Shown here: in pieces, positions 25,788 through 36,757 of the stretch | How positions within the stretch are numbered: position 1 is the stretch's first letter | Layout of the letters: each line of letters starts with the position of its first letter | Assembly: GCA_964035575.1 (NCBI GenBank) | Contig: OZ037847.1 | Coordinates: 124,001 to 188,000 of the forward strand | Direction: 5' to 3' | DNA: 64,000 nt | From: Rhynchopus sp. YZ270_cl-10 | Taxonomy: Eukaryota | The notes under the pieces: model-generated | Database searches by the model: none | Told to the model about the DNA's origin: nothing | The model's input: only the letters and a program-made list of their open reading frames with translations | Translations under genes and position numbers: made by a program

Positions 25788-28700
25788 TCAGCTGTCCTGA
25801 GAGGTGGGCTCGACGGTCATGCGTGGAGAAGAGCCGTGTTCCTCAAGGTAGTTGCACACAGCAGTAGGTGTGAGTGCGTGGCCGTTCGCAAGCTTGCTCC
25901 GGATGAGATTGAAGTTGGCGGAGGTGAACGCCTCGCGGTAGTGCTTGCTCCACATCCAGTCGTCGTCGGCCTCCCCTTCTCCGTCCCTGTCAAACGCCAT
26001 CTCGTACACAGTCAACGTCGTGCCCACCAGATCCGCTCCCGCACCAGACACATGCAACCTGCTCACAGGACGTGTCGCACCCTTCAGGAACGAATCCGTC
26101 AGAACGCTCAACTTCTGCCCATACGACGCAATGCACGCAAAGCAGTGAAAGTGCAGAGCCTCCTGCACCAGCGCCTCCGCCACGTTGATGGGCGTCCCAA
26201 CGACAGTGATAAACTTTTGGTTCCCAGTCCCGACATTCCCCGTGTCGACACTCCCCGAGCACAGCCCCATGGCTGCTGAGTACGGCTGGTGCGAGAAGTA
26301 CGTTTCGCACAGTGCAACGAAGCGCGACGAGAGCAGCATATGCGAAGCGACCGTCTGTGCGGGGACGGTGTTCCACCCGACCATGAGGCTGCAGTTCTGT
26401 GCTGCGATGACGTGCCCCTTTGTGCGCTCGAGGTGCAGCAGCACTGTTGAGAATGCAGCAGGGAGCGCGTCTTGGAGGCGGCTGCCACCAAGGACGAAGT
26501 TCATGCGCAGGTTGCACACAGTGGCGCTCTGCATCGTCTCGAAGCCGACGGGGAAGTACTTCGCGACCTCTGTGCGGCCGTGGCCGTGGGCCTTCTGCGA
26601 GGACAGCCTCGACGACCTGCCCGAGGCTGACATGCGTTCGCTCTGCTCTCCACCCTGCTTGCGATAGTGCTGCCGTGTCCCACGCTCGCGCAGGTAGAGG
26701 AGGATGTCCTCACGTCTCGCGGACAGCTTCGCAGGCAGCAGCAGAGTCAACTCCTGCAGGTCTTTGAAGCCCTTCAGACGCACCTTGTGCAGGTCCATAG
26801 AAAACAGACCACCAAAGGAGTCCAAGTTGTCCTTCATCACGTCAAAGGACTCACGCGTAACGCATACCGATCCTCCGGCACCAGCAGCCTCGAGCCGTGC
26901 AGCCTTGTTCACTGTAGACCCAAAGTAGTCCACACGTCCAGTCAAATCGTTCTCTTCAGTGTTGACAGGTCCTGTGTTCACACCGACACGAACGCGCACG
27001 CCCTTCCAATGTGTGCCCACAAGCTTGCTCTGCGGATGGGTGTGCAGTGACTCGGGCCACTTCTCAGACGTCTGTAGCGCTTCCTGCATGCCGAGTGCAA
27101 ACTTGATGCCCTCAGCCTCGGTGTCGAATGCCACCATGAACGCGTCGCCTATAGTCTTCACTTCGTAGCCGTTGTATTTTGTGATCTGCTCTCTGATAAG
27201 TGCGTTGTGCAGGTACAAGGCTGCGTGCATCGAGTCTTCCAAAGACTCCCAAAGCTCCGTAGACGACTGGATGTCTGTGAACACAATCGTCGCGACCTGT
27301 GTGTCCAGGCCGGGTGCGAACCTGTCTGGTGGCAGGGCCGTCACCTCATCGATATCTTCATCGTACTTCACAAGCAGCGTGCGCGGCAGGTACCTGCGGT
27401 ACTCAATCAGGTTGTCGATGATCTGCACAAACGACTGAATGATGTCCGACGGATCCTCAATCCCACGGATGTCGTCCAACTCCTCCAGCTGCATGCGTGC
27501 AATGCTCTCCGCACAGCGCATGGCAACAGCCTTCTCGGAGTGCAGGGATGAGATCTTCGACCGATCACGCATAACACGGTACCCCACAAGTGGCGCACCA
27601 AACAGCAGCAGAGCAGCAACACTGCAGAGCACAATAATGAGCACAGTTGAGTCATCCCCGTTCTCCTCAAAAGGACAGCCTCCATTGCCGACACCCGTGT
27701 TTGTCCTCCCTTCAGGGCAGAGCGTGCAACTTGACGACTCACGATCAGAGAAGGTTCCCGTGCCGCACGCAATGCACTCTGATGCACCTTCAGCACTGTA
27801 CGTGCCGGGCGGGCACACTCCGCAAGTCTGCACACCCACAGCCACATCCTCAACATGAGAAAACGTGCCGGCTGTGCAGTTGCTGCAGATGAAAGTGTAC
27901 TTCGGTGGAGACTGCAAAACGTCCGCCACATGTGTAGTCCCGTTCCCACACACCTCCCCAACTGCAAGCATGTCTCCTGTGTTGCTCACACCGTCAATCA
28001 GGTAGTCCATCTTCACAGCAAGGTAGAAGTCCCCCAAACAGTCGCCAACATTCTCCTGCACCCGCACACCGTCCTTCCACACAGGGTGGCAGAAAGGGTC
28101 AAAGCCACCCTTCATCTTCGTTGCTGTCTCGTGAAAGAGTTGCTTCGTTGCATTCCCAACTTTGAACGAAGGGTCATAATTCACGGACACGCCGCTCGGG
28201 TACCCATACCACAGGGAATGGCTTCCGCTCCTGAACGTACCTGAGTACGACCTGTTCATCAGTTCAGTGTAGATGGGTTCCCAGTTGAAGTTTGTCGATG
28301 TGAGCACGCTCTCTCCAATAAACTTGCGTCCGTCAGCGTTCGCTGCAACGCTGTAGATGCCTGACTCCTTTGCGTACAGTGCACCCTCCTGTGTGTCGGT
28401 GTGGTAAGAAATCACATCACATCCCATTGCATGCAAACGACGTGCAGCCTCACGCTCCTTCACGGGATCGTAGAAGGTGTCAATCCAGATCACCACCACG
28501 TCAACTTTGTGTTCAATGTATGTGGAGTTCATGATGGCACCTGCCCCGACCTGTGCACCAAGGTAGTAAGCGTTGGCAGAACGGTACACTTCAGGTATCT
28601 TGATCGATCCAATATAACCAATCCGTTTTGTCTTGCTCTTCCCACCTGCGGCAACACCAGACACGTAACGTGAGTGATAAACACGTCCGTGTGCTGTGAC

Positions 28701-29087
28701 AAAGTTTGGCTCCCCAGAGTAGTAGCCAGAGATGTGCACAAAGTCTGTGTTTGGGTTTTCTTTCGCAGCTTGGAATGTCTGCTCGTGGTACTCAAAAGAC
28801 GTTGTGAAGATGATATCAAAAGTGCTGGACAAGGTCCCCATCATGCTCACTGATGTGTTCCCTGGCACCTGCTCAAAGATCTCTGTCTCCAGCACATCGC
28901 CCTGTGCTTCAACGTGTTTTGCGAGTGCATCCTGTGCACGGATCCTTCCTTCGTTGTGTGTGTACCCCCAGCCAAAGTCAGAAATAACACCGTTGAAAAT
29001 GTACGCCGCACGGAACACACGCGCTTCCACTGCACACAGTAACGCAACAAATATAAGTGCCCGATACATATATCCCATTGATCCCAT
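25788..29087 (-). CDS. Receptor-type adenylate cyclase 1: signal peptide, BMP/PnrA-like ligand-binding domain, Cys-rich (GCC2/ephrin-receptor-like) repeats, TM, HAMP-like linker, intact class III cyclase, degenerate second cyclase domain (~1,099 aa)
   Basis: BMP motifs DFGWGYTHNEGR, IFTTSF, RYVSGVAAG, IPEVYRSANAY, TFYDPVKE, HTD. CPPGTYS repeats. Cyclase motifs IVFTDIQSST, VKTIGDAFM, RVDYFGSTVNKAARLE. Start moved from 29381 to the ATG ahead of the signal peptide. Confidence 0.92.
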   Translation of the reverse strand: MGSMGYMYRALIFVALLCAVEARVFRAAYIFNGVISDFGWGYTHNEGRIRAQDALAKHVEAQGDVLETEIFEQVPGNTSVSMMGTLSSTFDIIFTTSFEYHEQTFQAAKENPNTDFVHISGYYSGEPNFVTAHGRVYHSRYVSGVAAGGKSKTKRIGYIGSIKIPEVYRSANAYYLGAQVGAGAIMNSTYIEHKVDVVVIWIDTFYDPVKEREAARRLHAMGCDVISYHTDTQEGALYAKESGIYSVAANADGRKFIGESVLTSTNFNWEPIYTELMNRSYSGTFRSGSHSLWYGYPSGVSVNYDPSFKVGNATKQLFHETATKMKGGFDPFCHPVWKDGVRVQENVGDCLGDFYLAVKMDYLIDGVSNTGDMLAVGEVCGNGTTHVADVLQSPPKYTFICSNCTAGTFSHVEDVAVGVQTCGVCPPGTYSAEGASECIACGTGTFSDRESSSCTLCPEGRTNTGVGNGGCPFEENGDDSTVLIIVLCSVAALLLFGAPLVGYRVMRDRSKISSLHSEKAVAMRCAESIARMQLEELDDIRGIEDPSDIIQSFVQIIDNLIEYRRYLPRTLLVKYDEDIDEVTALPPDRFAPGLDTQVATIVFTDIQSSTELWESLEDSMHAALYLHNALIREQITKYNGYEVKTIGDAFMVAFDTEAEGIKFALGMQEALQTSEKWPESLHTHPQSKLVGTHWKGVRVRVGVNTGPVNTEENDLTGRVDYFGSTVNKAARLEAAGAGGSVCVTRESFDVMKDNLDSFGGLFSMDLHKVRLKGFKDLQELTLLLPAKLSARREDILLYLRERGTRQHYRKQGGEQSERMSASGRSSRLSSQKAHGHGRTEVAKYFPVGFETMQSATVCNLRMNFVLGGSRLQDALPAAFSTVLLHLERTKGHVIAAQNCSLMVGWNTVPAQTVASHMLLSSRFVALCETYFSHQPYSAAMGLCSGSVDTGNVGTGNQKFITVVGTPINVAEALVQEALHFHCFACIASYGQKLSVLTDSFLKGATRPVSRLHVSGAGADLVGTTLTVYEMAFDRDGEGEADDDWMWSKHYREAFTSANFNLIRSKLANGHALTPTAVCNYLEEHGSSPRMTVEPTSQDS

Positions 29088-29632
29088 GCGACCAACCGTG
29101 AGGCAGTCTGTGTGTGGTGGTGGGAACGTGGTATTTGCGCGACTGTAAATGAAAAAAGTGGTCGTTTTCTTTTTATTAAATAATGGTTGTGCAGATTCCG
29201 TACTGAACAACAACGTGCCGAGCCCGTCTTTTGCAACGTGGAAACATTGTGCAGGATGTGCAGGCACATTCGCAAGAGTACTGAACGTAACATAGTGCCC
29301 TCCCGTCCTCGTCCTGAGGTGTGGATACTTAAACACTTGCTGCACACTACGGTAGTAGTGTGGCATAGTGTGGCGAAACATGTGGGTTCATGTACTTCCT
29401 GTTCAAAAGAGAAAAAGAACACTTTAAAGGTGAATGCACCTCACGAGTACACATCTTTAGTTTGGGTTTAGTTTGAAATCACGAGAGATGTGTACCATGA
29501 ACGCTCACGGATAAATAAAGAAAATGACCTTGTTCTCGAGAGAACGAAAGAAAATGACACCATGTATCCGCTTTTTGTTCGTTTTCCGGAAAAAAATGGG
29601 GCTACAAATGCAGAGGACTGTGCATCCTCATG

Positions 29633-32600
29633 TTAATATACTGTAGGGACAATGACCTTCCGCGCACCTCCCCCGTGGGAACGTAAGTATTCGCACACGG
29701 CTGACGCGGTCACATCCAGATTCCCTTGCTGGCGTATGGCTCTGTGATCTGAATTCATGAAAGACTCGACGTACTCGCTGCCCCACAGCCACTCGTCTTC
29801 ATCGTTTTGGTTGAACATCAGCTCATACACTGTGACATACAAAGTGGACAAGCCAGAGATGTGCAGCCTGCTGATGGGGCGCACAGAGCCCCCCACAATG
29901 GTCTGAACGCTCAACTTCTGCCCATACGACGCAATGCACGCAAAGCAGTGAAAGTGCAGAGCCTCCTGCACCAGCGCCTCCGCCACGTTGATGGGCGTCC
30001 CAACGACAGTGATAAACTTTTGGTTCCCAGTCCCGACATTCCCCGTGTCGACACTCCCCGAGCACAGCCCCAACGTAGCTGAGTATTGCTGTACAGTAAA
30101 GTGCACTTGGCACAACTGGGTGAAGTGTGCAGCCAGCTCAACGTGTGCACCTGTCTGTGCGGGGACGGTGTTCCACCCCACAATGAGACTGCTGTTGTGG
30201 GCAGCAATGACGTGCCCCTTTGTGCGCTCGAGGTGCAGCAACACTGTTGAGAATGCAGAGGGAAGCACCTCCCGCGACTTGACCTCAATAGCGGTGAAGT
30301 CGAAGCGCACGTTGCACACTGTGGCGTTTTGAATGGTGTCGAAGACGACATGCACAGTGCGAAGCAAATCACTGTTCTCCAGGCTGCCTGCGTCCTTCTT
30401 CTTCATGTTCCGATTCCGCAGCAGACAATCACATCGCCCGGCCAGCCGAATTGGGACAAGAAGTGCTAATACCAGGCGCTCCTTGAAACCCTTCATTTTG
30501 CAGTCTTTCAACTCGACGGACGTAAATGTGCTACAGAGTTCAGGATTTTGCTGCAAACGTTCAAGAGTCGTATCACACACGCACACAGACCCTCCAACAC
30601 CAGCAGCCTCGAGCCGTGCAGCCTTGTTCACTGTAGACCCAAAGTAGTCGTAACGTCCAGTCAAATCGTTCCTCTCAGTGTTGACAGGTCCTGTGTTCAC
30701 ACCGACACGAACGCGAAGGCCCTTCCAATTCAGTTCCATTCTTGACTCGACGTGTCCGTGAAGCACATCTGGCCACTCGTTACTGCGGAAGAGGGCCGAC
30801 TGTAAATCGAGTGCAAACTTGATGCCCTCAACCTCGGTGTCAAATGCCACCATGAACGCGTCGCCTATAGTCTTCACTTCGTAGCCGTTGTTGACACTGA
30901 TCTGCTCTCTGACTATACGGTTGTGCAGGTACAAGGCTGTGTGCATGTCGTTGTCCAAAGACTCCCAAAGCTCCGTCGACGACTGGATGTCTGTGAACAC
31001 AATCGTAGCGGTTTGTGTCTCCAGGCCGGGTGCGAACCTGTGGGGCGGTATGCACTTCATACTATCGCTGTGTCGTGCAAGTAATGTGTTAGGTAGGAAC
31101 CTGCGGTACTCAATCAGGTTGTCGATGATCTGCACAAACGACTGAATGATGTCCGACGGCTGCTCAATCCCACGGATGTCGTCCAACTCCTCCAGCTTCA
31201 TGCGTGCAATGCTCTCCGCACAGCGCATGGCAACAGCCTTCTCGGAGTGCAGGGATGAGATCTTCGACCGATCACGCATAACACGGTACCCCACAAGTGG
31301 CGCACCAAACAGCAGCAGAGCAGCAACACTGCAGAGCACAATAATCAGCGCAATATGTGGGCCCTGGACGTTGTCTGCAAAAGGACAGCCTCCATTGCCG
31401 ACACCTGTGTTTGTCCTCCCTTCAGGGCAGAGCGTGCAGCTTGACGACTCACTAAGAGAGAAGGTTTTCCTGCCGCACGCAATGCACTCTGATGCACCTT
31501 CAGCACTGTACGTGCCGGGCGGGCACACTCCACAAGTCTGCACACCCACAGCCACATCCTCAACATGAGAAAACGTGCCGGCTGTGCAGTTGCTGCAGAT
31601 GAAAGTGTACTTCGGTGGAGACTGCAAAACGTCCGCCACATATGTAGTCCCGTTCCCACACACCTCCCCAACTGCAAGCATGTCTCCTGTGTTGCTCACA
31701 CCGTCAATCAGGTAGTCCATCTTCACAGCAAGGTAGAAGTCCCCCAAACAGTCGCCAACATTCTCCTGCACCCGCACACCGTCCTTCCACACAGGGTGGC
31801 AGAAAGGGTCAAAGCCACCCTTCATCTTCGTCGCTGTCTCGTGAAAGAGTTGCTTCGTTGCATTCCCAACTTTGAACGAAAGCTCGTTGTTCATCGGAAC
31901 ACCACTCGGGTACCCATACAACAACTTGTGGTTCCCAGTCTTGAACGTGCCTGAGTACGACCTGTTCATCAGTTCAGTGTAGACGGGTTCCCAGTTGAAG
32001 TTTGTTGATGTGAGCACGCTCTCTCCGATAAACTTGCGTCCGTCAGCGTTCGCTGCAACGCTGTAGATGCCTGACTCCTTTGCGTACAGTGCACCCTCCT
32101 GTGTGTCGGTGTGGTAGGCAATCACATCACATCCCATTGCATGCAAACGACGTGCAGCCTCACGCTCCTTCACGGGATCATAAAACGTACCAATCCAGAT
32201 CACCACCACGTCAACTTTGTGCTCAACGTATGTGGAGTTCATGATGGCACCTGCCCCGAACTGTGCACCAAGGTAGTAAGCGTTGGCAGAACGGTACACT
32301 TCAGGTATCTTGATTGATCCAATATAGCCAATCCGCTTTGTCTTGCTCTTCCCACCTGCGGCAACACCAGACACGTAACGTGAGTGATAGACACGTCCAA
32401 AGGCTGTGACAAAGTTTGGCTCCCCAGAGTAGTAGCCAGAGATGTGCACAAAGTCTGTGTTTGGGTTTTCTTTCGCAGCTTGGAATGTCTGCTCGTGGTA
32501 ATCAAAAGACGTTGTGAAGATGATATCGAAAGTACTGGACAAGGTCCCCATCATGCTCACTGATGTGTTCCCTGGCACCTGCTCAAAGATCTCTGTCTCC

Positions 32601-32794
32601 AGCACATCACCCTGTGCTTCAACGTGTTTTGTGAGTGCATCCTGTGCACGGATCCTTCCTTCGTTGTGTGTGTACCCCCAGCCAAAGTCAGAGAGAACAC
32701 CTTTGAAAATGCACGCCGCACGGAACACACGCGCTTCCACTGCACACAGTAACGCAAACAAGAGTATCTGTAATAGGAGTGACCTCGGACACAT
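29633..32794 (-). CDS. Receptor-type adenylate cyclase 2, same architecture as copy 1 (1,053 aa)
   Basis: Near-identical ectodomain to 25788-29087; IVFTDIQSST, VKTIGDAFM and RYDYFGSTVNKAARLE intact; degenerate C-terminal cyclase (GLCSGSVDTGNVGTGNQKFITVVG). Confidence 0.92.
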   Translation of the reverse strand: MCPRSLLLQILLFALLCAVEARVFRAACIFKGVLSDFGWGYTHNEGRIRAQDALTKHVEAQGDVLETEIFEQVPGNTSVSMMGTLSSTFDIIFTTSFDYHEQTFQAAKENPNTDFVHISGYYSGEPNFVTAFGRVYHSRYVSGVAAGGKSKTKRIGYIGSIKIPEVYRSANAYYLGAQFGAGAIMNSTYVEHKVDVVVIWIGTFYDPVKEREAARRLHAMGCDVIAYHTDTQEGALYAKESGIYSVAANADGRKFIGESVLTSTNFNWEPVYTELMNRSYSGTFKTGNHKLLYGYPSGVPMNNELSFKVGNATKQLFHETATKMKGGFDPFCHPVWKDGVRVQENVGDCLGDFYLAVKMDYLIDGVSNTGDMLAVGEVCGNGTTYVADVLQSPPKYTFICSNCTAGTFSHVEDVAVGVQTCGVCPPGTYSAEGASECIACGRKTFSLSESSSCTLCPEGRTNTGVGNGGCPFADNVQGPHIALIIVLCSVAALLLFGAPLVGYRVMRDRSKISSLHSEKAVAMRCAESIARMKLEELDDIRGIEQPSDIIQSFVQIIDNLIEYRRFLPNTLLARHSDSMKCIPPHRFAPGLETQTATIVFTDIQSSTELWESLDNDMHTALYLHNRIVREQISVNNGYEVKTIGDAFMVAFDTEVEGIKFALDLQSALFRSNEWPDVLHGHVESRMELNWKGLRVRVGVNTGPVNTERNDLTGRYDYFGSTVNKAARLEAAGVGGSVCVCDTTLERLQQNPELCSTFTSVELKDCKMKGFKERLVLALLVPIRLAGRCDCLLRNRNMKKKDAGSLENSDLLRTVHVVFDTIQNATVCNVRFDFTAIEVKSREVLPSAFSTVLLHLERTKGHVIAAHNSSLIVGWNTVPAQTGAHVELAAHFTQLCQVHFTVQQYSATLGLCSGSVDTGNVGTGNQKFITVVGTPINVAEALVQEALHFHCFACIASYGQKLSVQTIVGGSVRPISRLHISGLSTLYVTVYELMFNQNDEDEWLWGSEYVESFMNSDHRAIRQQGNLDVTASAVCEYLRSHGGGARKVIVPTVY

Positions 32795-33049
32795 GGGCTG
32801 GGAGGTCTACTCCTGTGGGGTGTGGTTGTAGGTGGGTGGTGGGGATGCCGCGCATCGCTTGAAGTTGCAAATAATACCACCGTTAGTGTTTCGCTATGTG
32901 AAAAATTGACAACATGTATAATCCTCGTACACTACGAATAATGTTGGAACAGTGTAAAACAGACCGGAAGTGGAAAGGACCAGGGTGTAAGAGGGCCCTG
33001 TCTCTGTACACTGGAAAGTGCAAGAGCAAAAAATAAAACAAAGGTTAAT

Positions 33050-35671
33050 TTATAAAATGGAAATGTTGTCAGCTTTGACTTCTTTAGCCGTAACCATGGC
33101 TTCTATCTGCTCCCACAGCGCTCGGTTCTTCTCTGTGCGTTCAACGATAGTTAGCAAATGCGAAGCTTGGTCCCAGTTTCCGTGCTGGACACAAACAAAG
33201 ACGTCGTTGAGCTTGGAGGTCTTCATTTCTTCCTGTTCGTACATCCATTCACTGACTTCGACGTCACGTTCTTTGGCGAGACGTGTGATGAGGACGGGTG
33301 TGCTGGAGCGCTGTGGCGACTTGTCACTGACAACAAATGCAAAGTGGTAGCAGTCGAAGGCACTGCTGCACTGTTCGAAGATGCTGTTGTCTGTCACAAG
33401 GCCTGCCTTCTTCCACTTCGCGAAACGCTCGAGTGCGTGGACCCAGGAGACCACAGGGCCTACTGTTGAGTAGCGCTGCATCGAGTCTGACCCGAGCAGA
33501 CCTGCCATCACGGCGCCAGACGCAATGCCTCCAGACATCTGCAGGTCGAGGTCCATCTTCGCGAGCCTGTGCAGGTTGATGCCACAGCGCGCTGCTGACT
33601 CGCGGTAGTTGTTGTTGGGGCGCGCGCCGTTGAAGGTGATCACAATTCTGTCGCCCGAGAAGGTCTCGGGCACACCGGCCTTTGCCTGCGCTACGTCGCT
33701 GCAGAGCTGGACGTACTTCTTGTGCCTGTCGAGGATGTCTGCCTCACGCCCGACGAACACCACTCTGTGGAAGTTTACAATGTTGGCCATGAGGAAGGCC
33801 ATGTTCTTCTTCGCAATGCGTGGTGCCAGTGCAAGGTTCCTATGTGGCGGCCGGCCGTCTGAAGTCTCCCCAGTGCGCTGCGAGCCGCTCGTGACAGAGG
33901 TGTTGTCCCACGCAGTGTCATTGTCCTTGTCGTCCTCCTCCGCATCATCAGCCCCATACTTCTCAAGTATGGTGCGCGGCAGGTACCTGCGGTACTCAAT
34001 CAGGTTGTCCACAATCTGCACAAACGACTGAATGATGTCCGACGGGTTCTCGATAGTACGGATATCTTCCAACTCCTCTAACCGCATAAAAGCAATGCTC
34101 TCTGCACAACGCATGGCAACAGCCTTCTCGGAAAAGAGCTTTGAGATCCGCATCTGGTCACGCACAACACGTATCCCAATCAATGGCCCGCCAATCAGCA
34201 GCAAGACACCCACAATTGCGACAATCACGAAGACAGCCGTTAAGTCCGTGTCCGTTTCAGACGAGAAGGGGCAGTTTGTGTTGCCAAGACCTGAGTTTGA
34301 AGTGCCGTCGGGGCAAGGTGTGCACGAGGTGGTGGAGGCATCAGCATACGTCCCTTCGGGGCAGGGGTCACACCAAGACGCAGAATCCTCGCTGTGCGTG
34401 CCTGGGGGACAAGGAAGGCACTCCTCCGACCCCTCAGCTAGGTTGCTCACGAGTGAGTACGTCCCTGCAGTGCAGTTCTGACAGTCAATGATGTACTGTG
34501 GTGGAGAGTGGCTGATCTTCAGGGTGTACCGCGTGCCGTTCCCACACTGCGCACCGTGCAGAGTCAGGGAGCCGATGTCGTACATCCCGTCCACAAGGAA
34601 CTGCATCTTCACAGCGAGGTAGAAATCACTCGTACAGCCTCCAGGTCCATCACGTGGCACAAGTGCTCCCCTGTTCCACACAGGGTAGCAGAAAGGGTCA
34701 AAGCCACCCTTCATCTCCGCAACTGTTGAATCGAAAAGCTTACGTGTTGTTGGGCCCACTTCAAACGAAGGATCGTGGTTGACCGACACACCAGCAGGGT
34801 ACCCATACCACAGGTTGTGGCTCCCAGTCTTGAACGTACCTGAGTACGACCTGTTCATCAGTTCTGTGTAGATGGGTCCCCAGTTGAAACTCGAAGAAGT
34901 AAGCACAGTCTCCCCAATGATCTTCCGCCCGTCCGTGTTGGAGGCAACACTGTGGATCCCGTTTGCCTTTGCGTACAGTGCACCTTCCTGTGTGTCGGTG
35001 TGGTAGGCAATCACATCACATCCCATTGCATGCAAACGACGTGCAGCCTCACGCTCCTTCACGGGATCGTAGAAGGTGTCAATCCAGATCACCACCACGT
35101 CAACTTTGTGTTCAATGTATGTGGAGTTCATGATGGCACCTGCCCCTTTCTGCACACCAAGGTAGAAGGCGTTGGCAGAACGGTACACTTCCGCAATCTT
35201 TAGGGAGGCAATGTAGCCGACACGCTTTGTTGTGCTAGTACCCCCTGCAACCACACCAGACACGTAACGTGAGTGATAGACACGTCCAAAGGCTGTGATG
35301 AAGTTATCCGGTCCAGAGTAGTAGCCAGAGATGTGCACAAAATCGACGTGTGGGTGCAGTTTCGCAAGAGCAAAGGCCTCCTCGTGATAGATGAAGGAGC
35401 ACGCCACGATCAGGTCGATGCCCTGTTCGCTCAGAGCCAGCATGCGTGTCTTTGCTTCTGCAGGGCTCAGTGCTTCGTAGATCTCACCCTTTACTGTGTC
35501 GCCACGGGACTCGAGGTACCGTGTTATCACATCCTGCGCACGGATCCTTCCTTCGTTGTGTGTGTACGACCATCCTAGGTCAGAGATGTCACCGTTGTAG
35601 AAGAAGGCAGCCCTGAAGACACGAGCCTCTGCAAGCACCATGGCCAAGCAGACAAGCAGGAGACGGGTCAT
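33050..35671 (-). CDS. BMP-domain receptor with a single degenerate (pseudo) cyclase domain (873 aa)
   Basis: Signal peptide MTRLLLVCLAMVLAEA, BMP domain, Cys-rich repeats, TM, same linker. Cyclase-like FLMANIVNF / GVPETFSGDR / TVGPVVSWVHALE lacks the first Asp and the Lys, Asn and Arg. Confidence 0.9.
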   Translation of the reverse strand: MTRLLLVCLAMVLAEARVFRAAFFYNGDISDLGWSYTHNEGRIRAQDVITRYLESRGDTVKGEIYEALSPAEAKTRMLALSEQGIDLIVACSFIYHEEAFALAKLHPHVDFVHISGYYSGPDNFITAFGRVYHSRYVSGVVAGGTSTTKRVGYIASLKIAEVYRSANAFYLGVQKGAGAIMNSTYIEHKVDVVVIWIDTFYDPVKEREAARRLHAMGCDVIAYHTDTQEGALYAKANGIHSVASNTDGRKIIGETVLTSSSFNWGPIYTELMNRSYSGTFKTGSHNLWYGYPAGVSVNHDPSFEVGPTTRKLFDSTVAEMKGGFDPFCYPVWNRGALVPRDGPGGCTSDFYLAVKMQFLVDGMYDIGSLTLHGAQCGNGTRYTLKISHSPPQYIIDCQNCTAGTYSLVSNLAEGSEECLPCPPGTHSEDSASWCDPCPEGTYADASTTSCTPCPDGTSNSGLGNTNCPFSSETDTDLTAVFVIVAIVGVLLLIGGPLIGIRVVRDQMRISKLFSEKAVAMRCAESIAFMRLEELEDIRTIENPSDIIQSFVQIVDNLIEYRRYLPRTILEKYGADDAEEDDKDNDTAWDNTSVTSGSQRTGETSDGRPPHRNLALAPRIAKKNMAFLMANIVNFHRVVFVGREADILDRHKKYVQLCSDVAQAKAGVPETFSGDRIVITFNGARPNNNYRESAARCGINLHRLAKMDLDLQMSGGIASGAVMAGLLGSDSMQRYSTVGPVVSWVHALERFAKWKKAGLVTDNSIFEQCSSAFDCYHFAFVVSDKSPQRSSTPVLITRLAKERDVEVSEWMYEQEEMKTSKLNDVFVCVQHGNWDQASHLLTIVERTEKNRALWEQIEAMVTAKEVKADNISIL

Positions 35672-36272
35672 TGTTGGGGAGGGGAGGGGAGGGGATGAGG
35701 CGGAGCAAGACAGAAGCAGATGCGCAGCACCTCGTCAAACTAGGCAAGGCGCTACGTCGCTGCAGAACATAGGAGTGTGGCTAATAAGACAAAACACTTC
35801 ACAACAACACAACAAAGAGATTAGTGGATAGTCCTGTGTATGATGTGTATGAGGACAGAGGGGTGTTGTGCATAAAACGCCAGCCCGCTTTTTTTTCTTA
35901 ACACTTGGAAAAGTTTCGTTCTTGACTCAGTCTAGGCAAGGTTGATGTGCGTTGTGCACACAGCAGAAAGGCCCTTATACGTCGTTAGTCTGCCTTTGCT
36001 GTGGATAAGCAAAGTGACAGCCGACGTTCCTATGGGTGGAATCCTTAACCACCTTCTTACTTTAAAGACAATGTCGATGGAAATCGAGAAACAGAGGGTG
36101 AGCAGGAAAAACTCTGTTCCTGTGCAATCCTTACCCTATATTGCAGGATATCCTTTGAAAGATGAACTCGCATAACGTAAACAGACTCAAAATAAAGAAA
36201 CAAAGCACAAAGAAGGAGTCAGATGCATATGCCTTGCGTGCATACACGTCTTAAAGAGAAGTAAAGTTTATG

Positions 36273-36305
36273 AGATGAACCTAAGCCTCTCGTGCTTAGT
36301 CACCT
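36273..36305 (-). other. Dispersed hairpin motif A (reference copy), followed by pyrimidine tract and AG
   Basis: Minus strand AGGTGA-CTAAGC-ACGAGAG-GCTTAG-GT-TCATCT, then CATAAACTTTACTTCTCTTTAAG. Function unknown. Confidence 0.7.
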
Positions 36306-36757
36306 GAGAATGAGGAAGAATGGTGAATGTAGGTGAATGTACCTCAAAGGTGGGCACACCCATCTTTACCACTTTTGTGAGGGGAACGTATTGCGTTTGA
36401 AATTGGGGGGTGTCTCTTGATCGTTGATCGTAGAGACGGTTGTTGGGGGTGCCGTCCCACTTCTTGCTTATCCAGATGAGAGATGAAGGTCCTTGTGTCT
36501 TGAGCATGTGCTCAGTGTGGACTCGTGAACGTAGGCCTCCGGTTGCAAACAGATTAACACAAGAGTTGGAGATGGGGGGAGTGGGAGGGAACACTTACAT
36601 ATTGCACAGTTCGTTAAAAAAAAAAGACCCCCCCAAAGAAAAATCGGTAACCTCTGGTACTTTTGGGAAAAAAATAAACATAAAAAAATCCGAGTAGAAA
36701 TTTCTGGAAATATCTAAAACGAACATCCCAAAAAAATAGACGCGGTTACCTTTCAGG

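Noticed and set aside
29088..29381. N-terminal extensions of receptor ORFs (also 43247-43366 and 52281-52412)
   Set aside because: They precede the signal peptide, are not conserved between paralogs, and span putative splice-acceptor tracts.
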